IMG/VR virus record: IMGVR_UViG_3300033153_010441
Coordinates: 1-60,818 of that record
Reading direction: 5' to 3' (one strand)
Length of the DNA: 60,818 bases
Source: a virus
Lineage: Duplodnaviria > Caudoviricetes
Shown: positions 1-9,379 of the stretch, piece by piece
Position numbering within the stretch: the stretch's first letter is position 1
How the letters are laid out: every line of letters starts with the position of its first letter
Notes under the pieces: model-generated
The model's input: only the letters and a program-made list of their open reading frames with translations
Database searches by the model: none
Told to the model about the DNA's origin: nothing
Position numbers and translations under genes: made by a program

Positions 1-207
1 CCAGGCGGTCAAGGGTGCCTTGAAAGCCTAAGCCCCGCCGGTCCGCGACACAACCGGCAACCAAGGGCCTGGCGGATTTTTTCGCGACTGAACAAGACGC
101 CCGGGCCCGCTTTTTTCCTGCCAGAATTACCGTCTGTTTCTTGCAGCCTTCGCTGCTTCTTCCTTGCTGTCAGTATTGGTAGCTTTAAGTAATTTTTGGG
201 AAAAAGT

Positions 208-236
208 TTGACAATTCCTGGGGGTAAGGTTAGTCA
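208..236 (+). promoter_or_regulatory. Probable host sigma70 promoter of the interrupted regulator gene
   Basis: TTGACA (208-213), 17 bp, TAGTCA (231-236) upstream of GGAGG (283-287) and ATG 299; the -10 is weak. Confidence 0.4.
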
Positions 237-262
237 AACTTTCTCATATTGCCGTTTTTCAA

Positions 263-673
263 CTACCTCGTGCGGCTTATTGGGAGGCCCCCGCCACCAT
301 GAAACGACTCTTGTCCACCAAAGAAAACAAAAAAAGGCAACCCACCAGAATCGTGGTGGATTGCCTTCATTGAGAGGTTATCAGATAAGTTATATTTAAA
401 TACAGTTGGCATAGGTCTGATTAAACTGAGCCAGATGCAAAAACCTGTGATGCCAGTGAAAGCAATACGGAAAAGATTTTTATTCGACTGTTCCAATTTT
501 TCCACCCTCTCATCCAATGTCTGGAGTTGATTGGTGTTACGAACACATCGGGGAAAACCTTCGCCCTGGCTAAAATTATTTAGCATCCTTTTTAAATCTT
601 CAATCCTACGATCAGTATTTCCTGTTCGCTCGTCAATCCTGACGAGCATATCTTGCATTTGTTCAGGTGTCAA
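263..673 (-). CDS. Coiled-coil plus transmembrane protein (XhlA/holin-like); reading frame crosses attL
   Basis: Likely TTG start at 673 after GGAGG; MLVRIDERT...LDERVEKLEQ coiled coil followed by hydrophobic LFRIAFTGITGFCIWLSLI. Confidence 0.55.
   Translation of the reverse strand: MTPEQMQDMLVRIDERTGNTDRRIEDLKRMLNNFSQGEGFPRCVRNTNQLQTLDERVEKLEQSNKNLFRIAFTGITGFCIWLSLIRPMPTVFKYNLSDNLSMKAIHHDSGGLPFFVFFGGQESFHGGGGLPISRTR
299..325 (+). pseudogene. Original 5' end (MKRLLSTKE) of the host HTH/PBP regulator, separated by prophage insertion
   Basis: GGAGG then ATG AAA CGA CTC TTG TCC ACC AAA GAA; joins in frame to the sequence after attR; in the lysogen it runs into phage DNA and stops at 371-373. 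Confidence 0.85.
314..324 (+). repeat. attL core TCCACCAAAGA
   Basis: Identical 11-mer at 60325-60335 and 60353-60363. Confidence 0.9.
325..367 (-). terminator. Intrinsic terminator at end of the leftward (late) operon, possibly bidirectional
   Basis: AAGGCAA-c-CCACCA gaatcg TGGTGG-a-TTGCCTT hairpin; A-rich tract 325-335 gives a U tail on the minus strand. Confidence 0.7.
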
Positions 674-849
674 CTGAATATTTCCTCCGCCCACCCCTGG
701 TGGGCCTTGCACCAATCTGTCGCCTGTACGAGTGGCCACCGGCCCTCGTCGGCGGCGGTGAGTACCGGTGGGTCATGGCGGCACTCACCACTACCGTCCC
801 CCATGTCGGAAAACCACATACACGAGGCGCAGCATGGTTTAATTATCAA
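670..849 (-). CDS. Small Cys-rich putative metal-binding protein, 59 aa (not in ORF track)
   Basis: Manual translation from TTG: MIIKPCCASCMWFSDMGDGSGECRHDPPVLTAADEGRWPLVQATDWCKAHQGWAEEIFS; same motif pattern as 58325-58531. Confidence 0.7.
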   Translation of the reverse strand: MIIKPCCASCMWFSDMGDGSGECRHDPPVLTAADEGRWPLVQATDWCKAHQGWAEEIFS

Positions 850-3800
850 GTTTATCCTTTACCCTTTTCAAAAGTTTCGTGATAATCATGTTGCGTCGTT
901 CATTCAGCGCCCGGATTTTTTCCAGTTTTTCTTCCGGGGTTAATCGACGATTCTGCCGAATCAACTTCTTTCGTGTATTAATTTCCCGCAACATCTGTCG
1001 ATGCGAGGATAGCTGCTGCCGGACTTGGAGTTTCCGTTTGTTGGCATCCCGGTATGCTTTTGCTTCGGCTTTGCGGCCCGGCTTGTTGAGGCTATTGAAT
1101 GTGTTGTAGATTTGATCCAACTCCTTCATCAGATCATAATATTCCCCAACCACTCGCGGGGTCTGCACCTTACGTTCAGCCAGTAGCCGTGACGGCAGCC
1201 AGAATTTCTGATTGACCGTGGTAGCAGGATCTTCGGGAAAATCCTCAATATACGGGATAACAATCTGATCAATAGCCAGCAGGGAAATTTGTCCTGCAAA
1301 GGCACCACCCTGCTTAATTAGATGGTCAATCTGCTTGGGACTAAGTTTCATTCCTTCGAAGGGTGCATTTTTTAAGGCTTTGCTCAGTACCCTTGCGGTC
1401 TTACTGGTTCGCTCATCCCATCGCTCGAATGGTTCTTTTTCCCGGTCCCATGGTGTTTCAATATCCTGGCCGGTGAAGCTGTTACGATTCGTCCACCACA
1501 CATCCACAATAGTGTCCAAGCTACCCGCCGGGTTAATCTCCAGGGTTTGACCAAGAGAATGAAGCACGAATCTTTTCATATCTTCGCCAGTGGCGTGTTG
1601 CTGAACAAATGTTTCGTAGATCATGGCAGGTGCTGCAAAGAACATCATACCCACCTCAAAAGGCATGGGGATTTTCAGCCGGTTACCGTCCTGGGTTTTG
1701 ATTGGTGTGTAAATATAGCTCCAGCGCTGGTACCAAGGGAGCTTATTATACTCATCCCGGTCGTCATCCAACTCGCTGTTATAGGCGTGGAGGAGGATTG
1801 ATGCAGCGGTCATCAGCGCCGCGCCGCCCCAAAATCGCACAGCAGCGGCTTTATCCTTTTGAAAAGGATTGGCGGCCCGACCCATTTTATAAATGCCCTG
1901 AAGCCGGGCATTCAAGAATGGAACGTAGGCCACCATGAATCGGGTGATGGCACCTTTCCCAGTAAGACTAAAGTCCATTAGATCCTTAGCATGAAATGCT
2001 GCTTCGGCGCGGGATGTGCCCTTGGCCCGGAGATTCTGATAGATGGCCAGACGGTTGGCTGATTCTGCGGCACGACCAAGGCGTTGATACTCATGCCACC
2101 AACGGCGAGGATCAATAAAATTCTTCTCGCTCCATTCACCCTTACGGGTACGGTTGATGGTTTTACTGATGTTGGTCTTACTCATCTTGTCATAGCCACC
2201 AGCAAACAACCCACCAGCGGCAAGTGCTTCGTTGACCAACTCCGGGTGCCGATAAAAAGCGTACAGCCCTTTAACTGAGTCAATGATAGGGGTAATTCCC
2301 TTACCCATCAAGGGAGCAGCCAATGTATCACGTATGAAGTTGGCCACCTGAAAGGCTGGCGCTATGGTGACACTCCAGGTTCGCAGATGCTTCAGGCTCC
2401 GAAGTACCTTCATTACGACATGATTGGCAAACGGATTATCCAGATCAATAAGAGACTCCATAAGGAACTTATCCTTGACCCGGAAGTATTTCCGTTTACC
2501 ACTTACCCTGAAAGCAACCACATCTTTAGGAATACCCTTGGCTGGGTCGAACTTGGGATTTGCTTCAACAAGATCCGTTCCACGGAAAAATCCGTAGAAC
2601 TTAGTATAACTGATGTTCTTCAGGCTTTGCTCAATGATATAGCTGTAGTTGGCCATTAACGACTCCATCGGGTCAGCAATATTACTTTTGCCTCCCTTTA
2701 GTCGTTTGATGCTACCTACTATATTTTCCCCAGGATCTGTGGGAAACATCTCTTTTAGAATACCCTCATTATGATCCTCGAAAACACGATTCAGTGGCGC
2801 ATAGATGGAACGTGACCACAATTCGTAGTCACCGACAAACCCGGCCTGCTTGGCAAACTCCAGGACTGCCTTGTTGTACCTTTCCAGGTGATTTATGAAT
2901 TGGTCAAACTGATTCTTGTTGTTGGCGTACCATTGGTCCGTGGCGGCAAGAATTTCTGCCGTCTTAGTTCGAGGATCGATCCAGTCGCCATTTTCGTCCT
3001 GGCCATACAACTTACTGGCAATGCGTTGCGCTTCCTTACCATCCTTGCGCTTCGCCACCATGGTGGCCAGTTCCTTCTTCAGACGACTCTTTTCTTTACG
3101 GTCCTTAGTGTTGTTAATAGCTTTTTCCAGACGGCGTTTTTCCTGCTGGAAAAATTTCTCGTCCATCACCTTGGCATCTGCTCGCTCCAACAGTTCTTTA
3201 ACTGATAGGGCCAGCAACCGGCCCTTCGCTATCTTGTAGTCGGCCCCATTCTTAAACATCTTGGCTGCGGCCAACAGGCCACCCTTCATTGGTTCAAGGG
3301 TAACCCAATGACTTTGCTGATCATACTTTGGTAAGCCATGATGAAAAATGGTACCGATCATATCGCTGGCGGTGGACATAAGCCGGAACGAGGTGTACGC
3401 GGACAACTCTGGGGGAACGTCCGTTTGATCCTCGTAAAGCTTCATGGCCGCCCGGCGGTCGAATATGTTGGATTGGAGATTGCGTGGCCTGAACACATTT
3501 AGGAGCGAATCACCGATGCGCTTGCCTGTAGTCTTAAATTGATCCATGATCGATTGATCATCAGACAAGTGGATGTTAGAAAATGCTTCTTCAGTAACAG
3601 CGTCCAAGGCAGTTTTTTTATAGCGTACAGGCTGCGCCGCCGAGGCCATATATCGAATGGCACGGCGGGTTTGTTTGTTAGTACGTCGTAGGTGCGCGTC
3701 CTTAACGCGCTCCAAAAGCAGATCAATATCCTCCTTAGTAAAACTATCCCGGATGCCAAGTTTCTTTAAGAGCCAATTCATTAGGGCTTTAAATCGATTA

Positions 3801-6800
3801 ATTACAAGATTACGTTTACCTAATGAAAGATTCTCTGCACGGCCAGCCACAATCTCTTCAGCAATGTAGCGCTGACGCTGCTGTTCTGTTTCCAGCGCCG
3901 CCAACTCAGAAGCATAGTTTTTCCGTAGGGGGGCAATCACGCTTTGATCATCCTTAAACAAGTTCCACACCTTATCCAGGAATGAATCGAAGGCAGCTTG
4001 CCCATCCGGGTGAACAGCGTCAAACCAATCCCGCAGCTTGCCGTGACCCACCGCTTCATGCAGCCAGAAGCGGATTAAGTCCTTGGGCTTACTAAGCCGG
4101 TCGGTGTTAATCCAAATATCATTACCATCAATAATGGCATCAGACGCAGGATTAAGATGCGCCGGAGGGGGGTTGTCCTTATCAAACAAATGCACCCGGC
4201 GGTCACTAATTTTATTCAACTCGCGCACAGCATCATCCGCAAAATTTTTCATACGGAGGTTTGCTGGCGCAGTAGTGCTGGATTTACGGTTGCGAACCTC
4301 TTCCTTAAACCCATAGGTGTTGGTCTTGGCTTCAGCGTCACTAATCAATTCCGGTGCGCCAAGGCGCTTCCAACCCTTATACGCCACTGGCTTTTGAATT
4401 TCACCACCGGGCAGATAAAAGGTTCCTTCCTTAATGGCCAATTTCTGGATGGACTTCAACCGTTCAATCTCAGATTTAACCGTTGATAGCACATCCTTCC
4501 GAGGCATATAAAATACACGATCTGTGGATTGCAGATCCGCCACCTGTAGGTTTTTGCCTTTGGCTTTTTGCTTCTTGATGTATGCATCCTGATCAACCAG
4601 ATAAATTACATCATTTGGCCACCGAATATCCTTAATAGCAATTCGGTCAGATTTGCCTTCTTTAAAATATCTCTGGTATGTATTAATCAAGGATATGCTT
4701 TTGCCAACAACATCATACAGAACCTTCGAAAGAGATTCAGCGACAGGGTCAACTTGCTTCTTACGCTTAACATTATTAAAGAAAGCCAGCATCGGCCCTG
4801 CTGTCTTTGGCATACCGTCGTCGCCGAGTTTCCAGATATTGCCTTGATCATCAACGGCTTTATCGGCAAAAGCAGTAAAGCAACCACCATAATGCAAAGC
4901 ACATTGGCGACAAGACCCAAGATAACTCCGTTCGTCGGCGTCACAAGGACAGGATCTACGCCGGGCTTCAACCGGCAACCCATCATGCAAATCTTTGCCT
5001 GTGGACAAAATTAATCCTAAAGCATCCTCTTCAATGAGTTGCTCAATAAAAGGCAGATCTGACACATCACGATACAAAAAAGCATTATTAATGCCGTAAT
5101 CACGCAGGTTCTTTTTAAGATAATCAATTCCGTAATACTTTACTAAGTCAGAATCAAGTGACCCCATTTTAATAAAAGGGGCTTGTTTGGTGCCCTTAAG
5201 TTTCCGTAGGTTATCATGATGCCGGGAAAAGATATGAATGGGCCGGTCTGCATGTTGAGCCAAAACGTTAAAAGCTCGCACTACTTCGTCACTGGTCAGG
5301 TCACCAGAACCAAGCAACCGAATGAAAGGAAGCTGAGTCTTTTTGTAGGTCTTTGCTTCAGCGGCAACTCGTTTGCCAAAATGATCCGGGTCTACAATAA
5401 TATGAATGGAATTACGCAGAGCCTTTCTTACGGTGGACATTCGCGCCATACTGGCCGCTGCGTAACACTCTTGACATGGCACAGTAGGCTGGCAAAAGCC
5501 CAGGATTAGATCAACCAAAGCGGTTGCTTTACCATTATCGGATAAGATCCTTTTACCCTTTGCATCCACATCAAGAAACAATGGACCAGAGCGAAGATCC
5601 TTCACCTCATCCAGGAATTTCTTTCGCTCGGTGCCGGTTAAACCACGCTCATCAGCCAGCGTTTCCGGGTTAATCTTCGGGTCAACCAATCGCTGCAAGC
5701 GCCCATCATCCCGCGCTGCAAACAATGCCTCACCCAAATCCCTGGCCCTGATAGAACGGGCCGGGGGACGCTTACCTGTTTTAGGATCTATTTTGCCTGG
5801 AAGTTCCTCGGCCTTTTCCAGCGGACCGAGAAGTCTTTCAATTATTTCCAGTTCTTTACCCAAACGGTTATTAATTGTTCCAAAAATATCCAGCTGCTGA
5901 GGAACAGCTTCCCACTTCTGCGCGTCTAATTGATATTGAATATCATTATCAACCTGACCAATAACTAAATCACCAAGTGGGGTTTGGTTCCTTTTACGGA
6001 CTGCCTCTCGATTCCAGACCCGGCCAGATTTAATTTCTCGTATGGTCGATTCAGCCGTGGGCCGAATGATATGCATGATGCGCCGGAAAAAATCCCGGAT
6101 CTTCTCAAAGTAACCACCCGGTTCATGGCCATCCCAATTAGCATACGCCTCGGCACGCTGTTCAGCGTTGCCGTAGCGCTTCTCCATGGCTGCAATCTCA
6201 CGATCCGTGAGTACCATCGCTTCGGCAGCGTGATATGTTTCGTGGCGAAGAGTTTTGACACCAGCGCCCTTGGCCAGGGAAATAACGCCGTCCAGGTCAA
6301 ATGCACCAGCAGCCGTCTCCTCGTCGCCTACCTCGCGCCCGTAGGCGCGGCTCGCCACTTCGGGGTCCACCTGGATATTTGCGTCACGAGTAATGGTGAT
6401 CTTAGCACCGGCGGGGGTGGTTACTTCAAAACCCGTGTCCGTTTCGGTTACATTGGTATTAGGCAGTTCACGCTTCACCGTGTCTATGGTAACTGGTGTA
6501 TCAGTAGTCTCTTTGTTGAGAGAATATTTAGTGCCCGTTTTCCTTTTAGGTGCGATGGCCCATTCTCCAGTGGTCAGTTCCACCGGACGAAACTTTTCCG
6601 GGCTACCAAACTTCCGAATGGCCCGTTTGGCACTTTCCTTGTTCGAGTAGCGCCGGTCCTTAAGAGGTATAGGACGTCGAGCGGCATGGGTTTGGCCATG
6701 CGTAGACACGTCGCCTTCCGTTTCGCCTGGGGTAGCGTCGCGAAAATTTCGCCACTCCCGTGGTGACTGCTGCTCCAATTCTTCTGGCAACTCGTCCAGG

Positions 6801-9370
6801 GCGGCGCGTACATCATTACGACGCGCCCGACGCACCTCGTCTGTTACCTGACGATCCGCTTGGCGTTTCAACTCCAATGCCGCCTTACGGCGCTTATTCA
6901 TCTCATAGCGCTTGCGAATATCCGCTTCCTGGGCTGCTGTTACTGGAGTGTTGGGCAGCACTCCTGCCTTACCACCACGCTCCAGATCCTCCAACAGGGC
7001 CGCATCCATCGCCTCGCGGCCCACGGTGCGCTTCTTGCCCTGTAAGGGAATATCACGAGTATCAGGAGCGACGATCTTACCACCTGTTGCCTTGGTGTAA
7101 TCTTCCGGCGACAACATTGTAAGGGGTTGCGAAGGACGATAGTTTTTAGCCTTCTCTGATGCCGTCTGCGGGTCGATCACCTTCCCGCCAAGGGTAAGAC
7201 CCCTGTCAGATTTTTCAGGCGCTGGAAGTGACGCTATATCGCCCTTCTGGGCCATACGCTGCTCAAACGCAGACAATTTCTTGCCCAACTTTTTTTCTGT
7301 ATCCCGCCGGGCAATCTCAGCGGTAACCCGCTTCTGCTGTTCCATGTCCTGCTGGACACGTTGGGCTACCTGTTTTTTTCTATCCAATATTTCATTTAAA
7401 TTAAGAGACAGAATATGCACCATGGCAAGCGGGTTAAACTGAGCACCCGGCTGGACGCCATCTTGGCTCACCTCGCGTAACGACTCAAGACGATATAGCA
7501 CATCATTGATCTTTTCCGGCTTTACGCTGGAAGGATCTTTGCTGATCATGCTGATAGTCTTGTGTGCTTCACTGATAATGTTCGCTGCCTGTCTTAGGTT
7601 GGCATCCTTAGCCTTACCAAACTGCCAACCAAATTTATTAGCCATTGCCATGGTACCCGGCTCAGTACTGGTTACCTCAAGGAAATACTGAAACCGATCA
7701 CGGTTGGCTGCAGCATAGTCGGCAGGTGCCTGCCGAGGATCTTGTATTGGGGAAGATCGACGACTTTCATCAGCAGCCTGCGCCTCAATCTCAGCCTGCC
7801 GTGCTTGCGCCCGTAGTTGCTGTAACTCAGAATTAATTTTCTGTAATTCCGCGATAGCAATCTTTTCCATCTCGGAATTACCATTGGCACGAGCATCTTC
7901 AGCGGCCTTATTAAGTAATTCATAACGCTCCTGCAGTTTACCAAGGGCTGCATGAAGACGCTCTTCAGGACCAGGACCTGGAGGTTGCGTCGGGGGCAGT
8001 TGCGGACCCTCGGTAACTTGTTCAGGAGCCGGGCCTTCGGTAATTTGCTCTTCCTTGTCAGCAAAATCCTGGTCAACTCCAGTCACCGCCTGGATGTTGC
8101 CACCAGTATTAATAGGTTTATTGATTACTTCAACCTTAGTTGTATCTGTTTGACCAGTTCGATTCAGCACCCGCTTGGCGCTGCCATAAGTCTTGGACAA
8201 ACCTACGTGGCCAGCACTGGTTCCAGCAGACATAATACTTTCAAGCATGGCATCAGAAATATCTGCCTCACCAAAAGCAGCTAAGGAACCAAGTGCTTCT
8301 CCGGCACCCTCACCAACAGTTTCAAGACCAAAAGCAGCAGTATGCTGCAGACCCTGGGCCATTTTCCCAGGAGTCGCCTTTAAAGCTGCATCCTTTGCAG
8401 CAATAAACGCCTTCTTAGCCAAGTCCTTATTGGTTTTCAGGGCCGTATCAACAGCCTTGCGGCTGGTAATATCCACACCCTCATCTGCCAAAGTCTTGAA
8501 AAGAGCCTTTTCAGCAGCCTTACCGGGTGCGCCGAGCATCCACTTTGATAACCCCATAGTCAAAGCGTCCACACCAGTGATAACAGCACCCTTCTTAAGC
8601 CCAGCCTTTAGTGCTTCACCATGATCGTATTGACCAGACTGCGCTTGCTCCGTGGCAATAGCACCCGTTTCAAGGGCAGTATTACCCAAGAACAGACCAC
8701 CAACACTGCCCAAGAGCGTTGCGGCAGCACTACCCCCGGCAAGTATGGAGCCACCTGCTCCACCAGCCACCATGGCACCCATGACAGGCAGAGACATAGT
8801 AGCCGTACTGACCGCTTCATGGAATGCACCCTCCGGTTCGGATATAATAGCGGAAGTAATATCCTTAACCTTTTCCCACCAGGAGGTGTCCTCTGTATCA
8901 TCACTACGGCGTTGGGCCAGTTCGGCAGCAAACCTACGCTGGGCGCTGGTCTGCTCAATAGCAGCAGCTTCCTTGGCAAGCCGGGCAACGTCCTCGTCGT
9001 CACCTGTGGCTACATTCCAGGCAGTCTGCGCCATATTGGAGGCACGCTTTAAACCCTGCTTACCACTTTTCCAAATGCCACTAATAAAACCCTCATCCTC
9101 ATTTTCAAGAGCATCAGGAGTCGCCGGAGATACTTCAGACATAGATACATCATCTTGTATATCCCTGTATGCCTGCAAAAGAGGGTCATCAACCATTGCA
9201 CCAGTATTGGAACTGGTATTGTCCTTCCCAAAAATATCCTGGTAGGCTCTAAGCAACGGATCACCCGCTGCGTCAGCTTCAACAGCACCACTATCAGCGA
9301 CGGACAGGTCCTCAACGGGACGCTTACGCCTTTCTTCCAGTACCTCAGCCAACAAAGTATTGTAATCCAT
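839..9370 (-). CDS. Giant virion ejection / large polyvalent protein (2843 aa): Gly/Ala-rich N-terminal membrane-type region, two zincin-like motifs, GP88/radical-SAM-like Cys domain, C-terminal LPD38-like domain
   Basis: Last large gene of virion module; HETYH (~6230-6244), HEAVGH (~4043-4060), CQPTVPCQECYA (~5460-5494), C-terminal YVPFLNARLQG...KIPMPFEVG...SPKQIDHLIK. Confidence 0.8.
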   Translation of the reverse strand: MDYNTLLAEVLEERRKRPVEDLSVADSGAVEADAAGDPLLRAYQDIFGKDNTSSNTGAMVDDPLLQAYRDIQDDVSMSEVSPATPDALENEDEGFISGIWKSGKQGLKRASNMAQTAWNVATGDDEDVARLAKEAAAIEQTSAQRRFAAELAQRRSDDTEDTSWWEKVKDITSAIISEPEGAFHEAVSTATMSLPVMGAMVAGGAGGSILAGGSAAATLLGSVGGLFLGNTALETGAIATEQAQSGQYDHGEALKAGLKKGAVITGVDALTMGLSKWMLGAPGKAAEKALFKTLADEGVDITSRKAVDTALKTNKDLAKKAFIAAKDAALKATPGKMAQGLQHTAAFGLETVGEGAGEALGSLAAFGEADISDAMLESIMSAGTSAGHVGLSKTYGSAKRVLNRTGQTDTTKVEVINKPINTGGNIQAVTGVDQDFADKEEQITEGPAPEQVTEGPQLPPTQPPGPGPEERLHAALGKLQERYELLNKAAEDARANGNSEMEKIAIAELQKINSELQQLRAQARQAEIEAQAADESRRSSPIQDPRQAPADYAAANRDRFQYFLEVTSTEPGTMAMANKFGWQFGKAKDANLRQAANIISEAHKTISMISKDPSSVKPEKINDVLYRLESLREVSQDGVQPGAQFNPLAMVHILSLNLNEILDRKKQVAQRVQQDMEQQKRVTAEIARRDTEKKLGKKLSAFEQRMAQKGDIASLPAPEKSDRGLTLGGKVIDPQTASEKAKNYRPSQPLTMLSPEDYTKATGGKIVAPDTRDIPLQGKKRTVGREAMDAALLEDLERGGKAGVLPNTPVTAAQEADIRKRYEMNKRRKAALELKRQADRQVTDEVRRARRNDVRAALDELPEELEQQSPREWRNFRDATPGETEGDVSTHGQTHAARRPIPLKDRRYSNKESAKRAIRKFGSPEKFRPVELTTGEWAIAPKRKTGTKYSLNKETTDTPVTIDTVKRELPNTNVTETDTGFEVTTPAGAKITITRDANIQVDPEVASRAYGREVGDEETAAGAFDLDGVISLAKGAGVKTLRHETYHAAEAMVLTDREIAAMEKRYGNAEQRAEAYANWDGHEPGGYFEKIRDFFRRIMHIIRPTAESTIREIKSGRVWNREAVRKRNQTPLGDLVIGQVDNDIQYQLDAQKWEAVPQQLDIFGTINNRLGKELEIIERLLGPLEKAEELPGKIDPKTGKRPPARSIRARDLGEALFAARDDGRLQRLVDPKINPETLADERGLTGTERKKFLDEVKDLRSGPLFLDVDAKGKRILSDNGKATALVDLILGFCQPTVPCQECYAAASMARMSTVRKALRNSIHIIVDPDHFGKRVAAEAKTYKKTQLPFIRLLGSGDLTSDEVVRAFNVLAQHADRPIHIFSRHHDNLRKLKGTKQAPFIKMGSLDSDLVKYYGIDYLKKNLRDYGINNAFLYRDVSDLPFIEQLIEEDALGLILSTGKDLHDGLPVEARRRSCPCDADERSYLGSCRQCALHYGGCFTAFADKAVDDQGNIWKLGDDGMPKTAGPMLAFFNNVKRKKQVDPVAESLSKVLYDVVGKSISLINTYQRYFKEGKSDRIAIKDIRWPNDVIYLVDQDAYIKKQKAKGKNLQVADLQSTDRVFYMPRKDVLSTVKSEIERLKSIQKLAIKEGTFYLPGGEIQKPVAYKGWKRLGAPELISDAEAKTNTYGFKEEVRNRKSSTTAPANLRMKNFADDAVRELNKISDRRVHLFDKDNPPPAHLNPASDAIIDGNDIWINTDRLSKPKDLIRFWLHEAVGHGKLRDWFDAVHPDGQAAFDSFLDKVWNLFKDDQSVIAPLRKNYASELAALETEQQRQRYIAEEIVAGRAENLSLGKRNLVINRFKALMNWLLKKLGIRDSFTKEDIDLLLERVKDAHLRRTNKQTRRAIRYMASAAQPVRYKKTALDAVTEEAFSNIHLSDDQSIMDQFKTTGKRIGDSLLNVFRPRNLQSNIFDRRAAMKLYEDQTDVPPELSAYTSFRLMSTASDMIGTIFHHGLPKYDQQSHWVTLEPMKGGLLAAAKMFKNGADYKIAKGRLLALSVKELLERADAKVMDEKFFQQEKRRLEKAINNTKDRKEKSRLKKELATMVAKRKDGKEAQRIASKLYGQDENGDWIDPRTKTAEILAATDQWYANNKNQFDQFINHLERYNKAVLEFAKQAGFVGDYELWSRSIYAPLNRVFEDHNEGILKEMFPTDPGENIVGSIKRLKGGKSNIADPMESLMANYSYIIEQSLKNISYTKFYGFFRGTDLVEANPKFDPAKGIPKDVVAFRVSGKRKYFRVKDKFLMESLIDLDNPFANHVVMKVLRSLKHLRTWSVTIAPAFQVANFIRDTLAAPLMGKGITPIIDSVKGLYAFYRHPELVNEALAAGGLFAGGYDKMSKTNISKTINRTRKGEWSEKNFIDPRRWWHEYQRLGRAAESANRLAIYQNLRAKGTSRAEAAFHAKDLMDFSLTGKGAITRFMVAYVPFLNARLQGIYKMGRAANPFQKDKAAAVRFWGGAALMTAASILLHAYNSELDDDRDEYNKLPWYQRWSYIYTPIKTQDGNRLKIPMPFEVGMMFFAAPAMIYETFVQQHATGEDMKRFVLHSLGQTLEINPAGSLDTIVDVWWTNRNSFTGQDIETPWDREKEPFERWDERTSKTARVLSKALKNAPFEGMKLSPKQIDHLIKQGGAFAGQISLLAIDQIVIPYIEDFPEDPATTVNQKFWLPSRLLAERKVQTPRVVGEYYDLMKELDQIYNTFNSLNKPGRKAEAKAYRDANKRKLQVRQQLSSHRQMLREINTRKKLIRQNRRLTPEEKLEKIRALNERRNMIITKLLKRVKDKLDN

Positions 9371-9379
9371 TATTAATCC

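Noticed and set aside
1-200. Possible 3' end of an upstream host gene
   Set aside because: No frame gives a recognisable product; cannot be supported
839-9370. N4-like virion RNA polymerase
   Set aside because: Despite size and the N4-gp56-type capsid, I see no polymerase motifs; zincin and LPD38-like motifs fit a polyvalent protein
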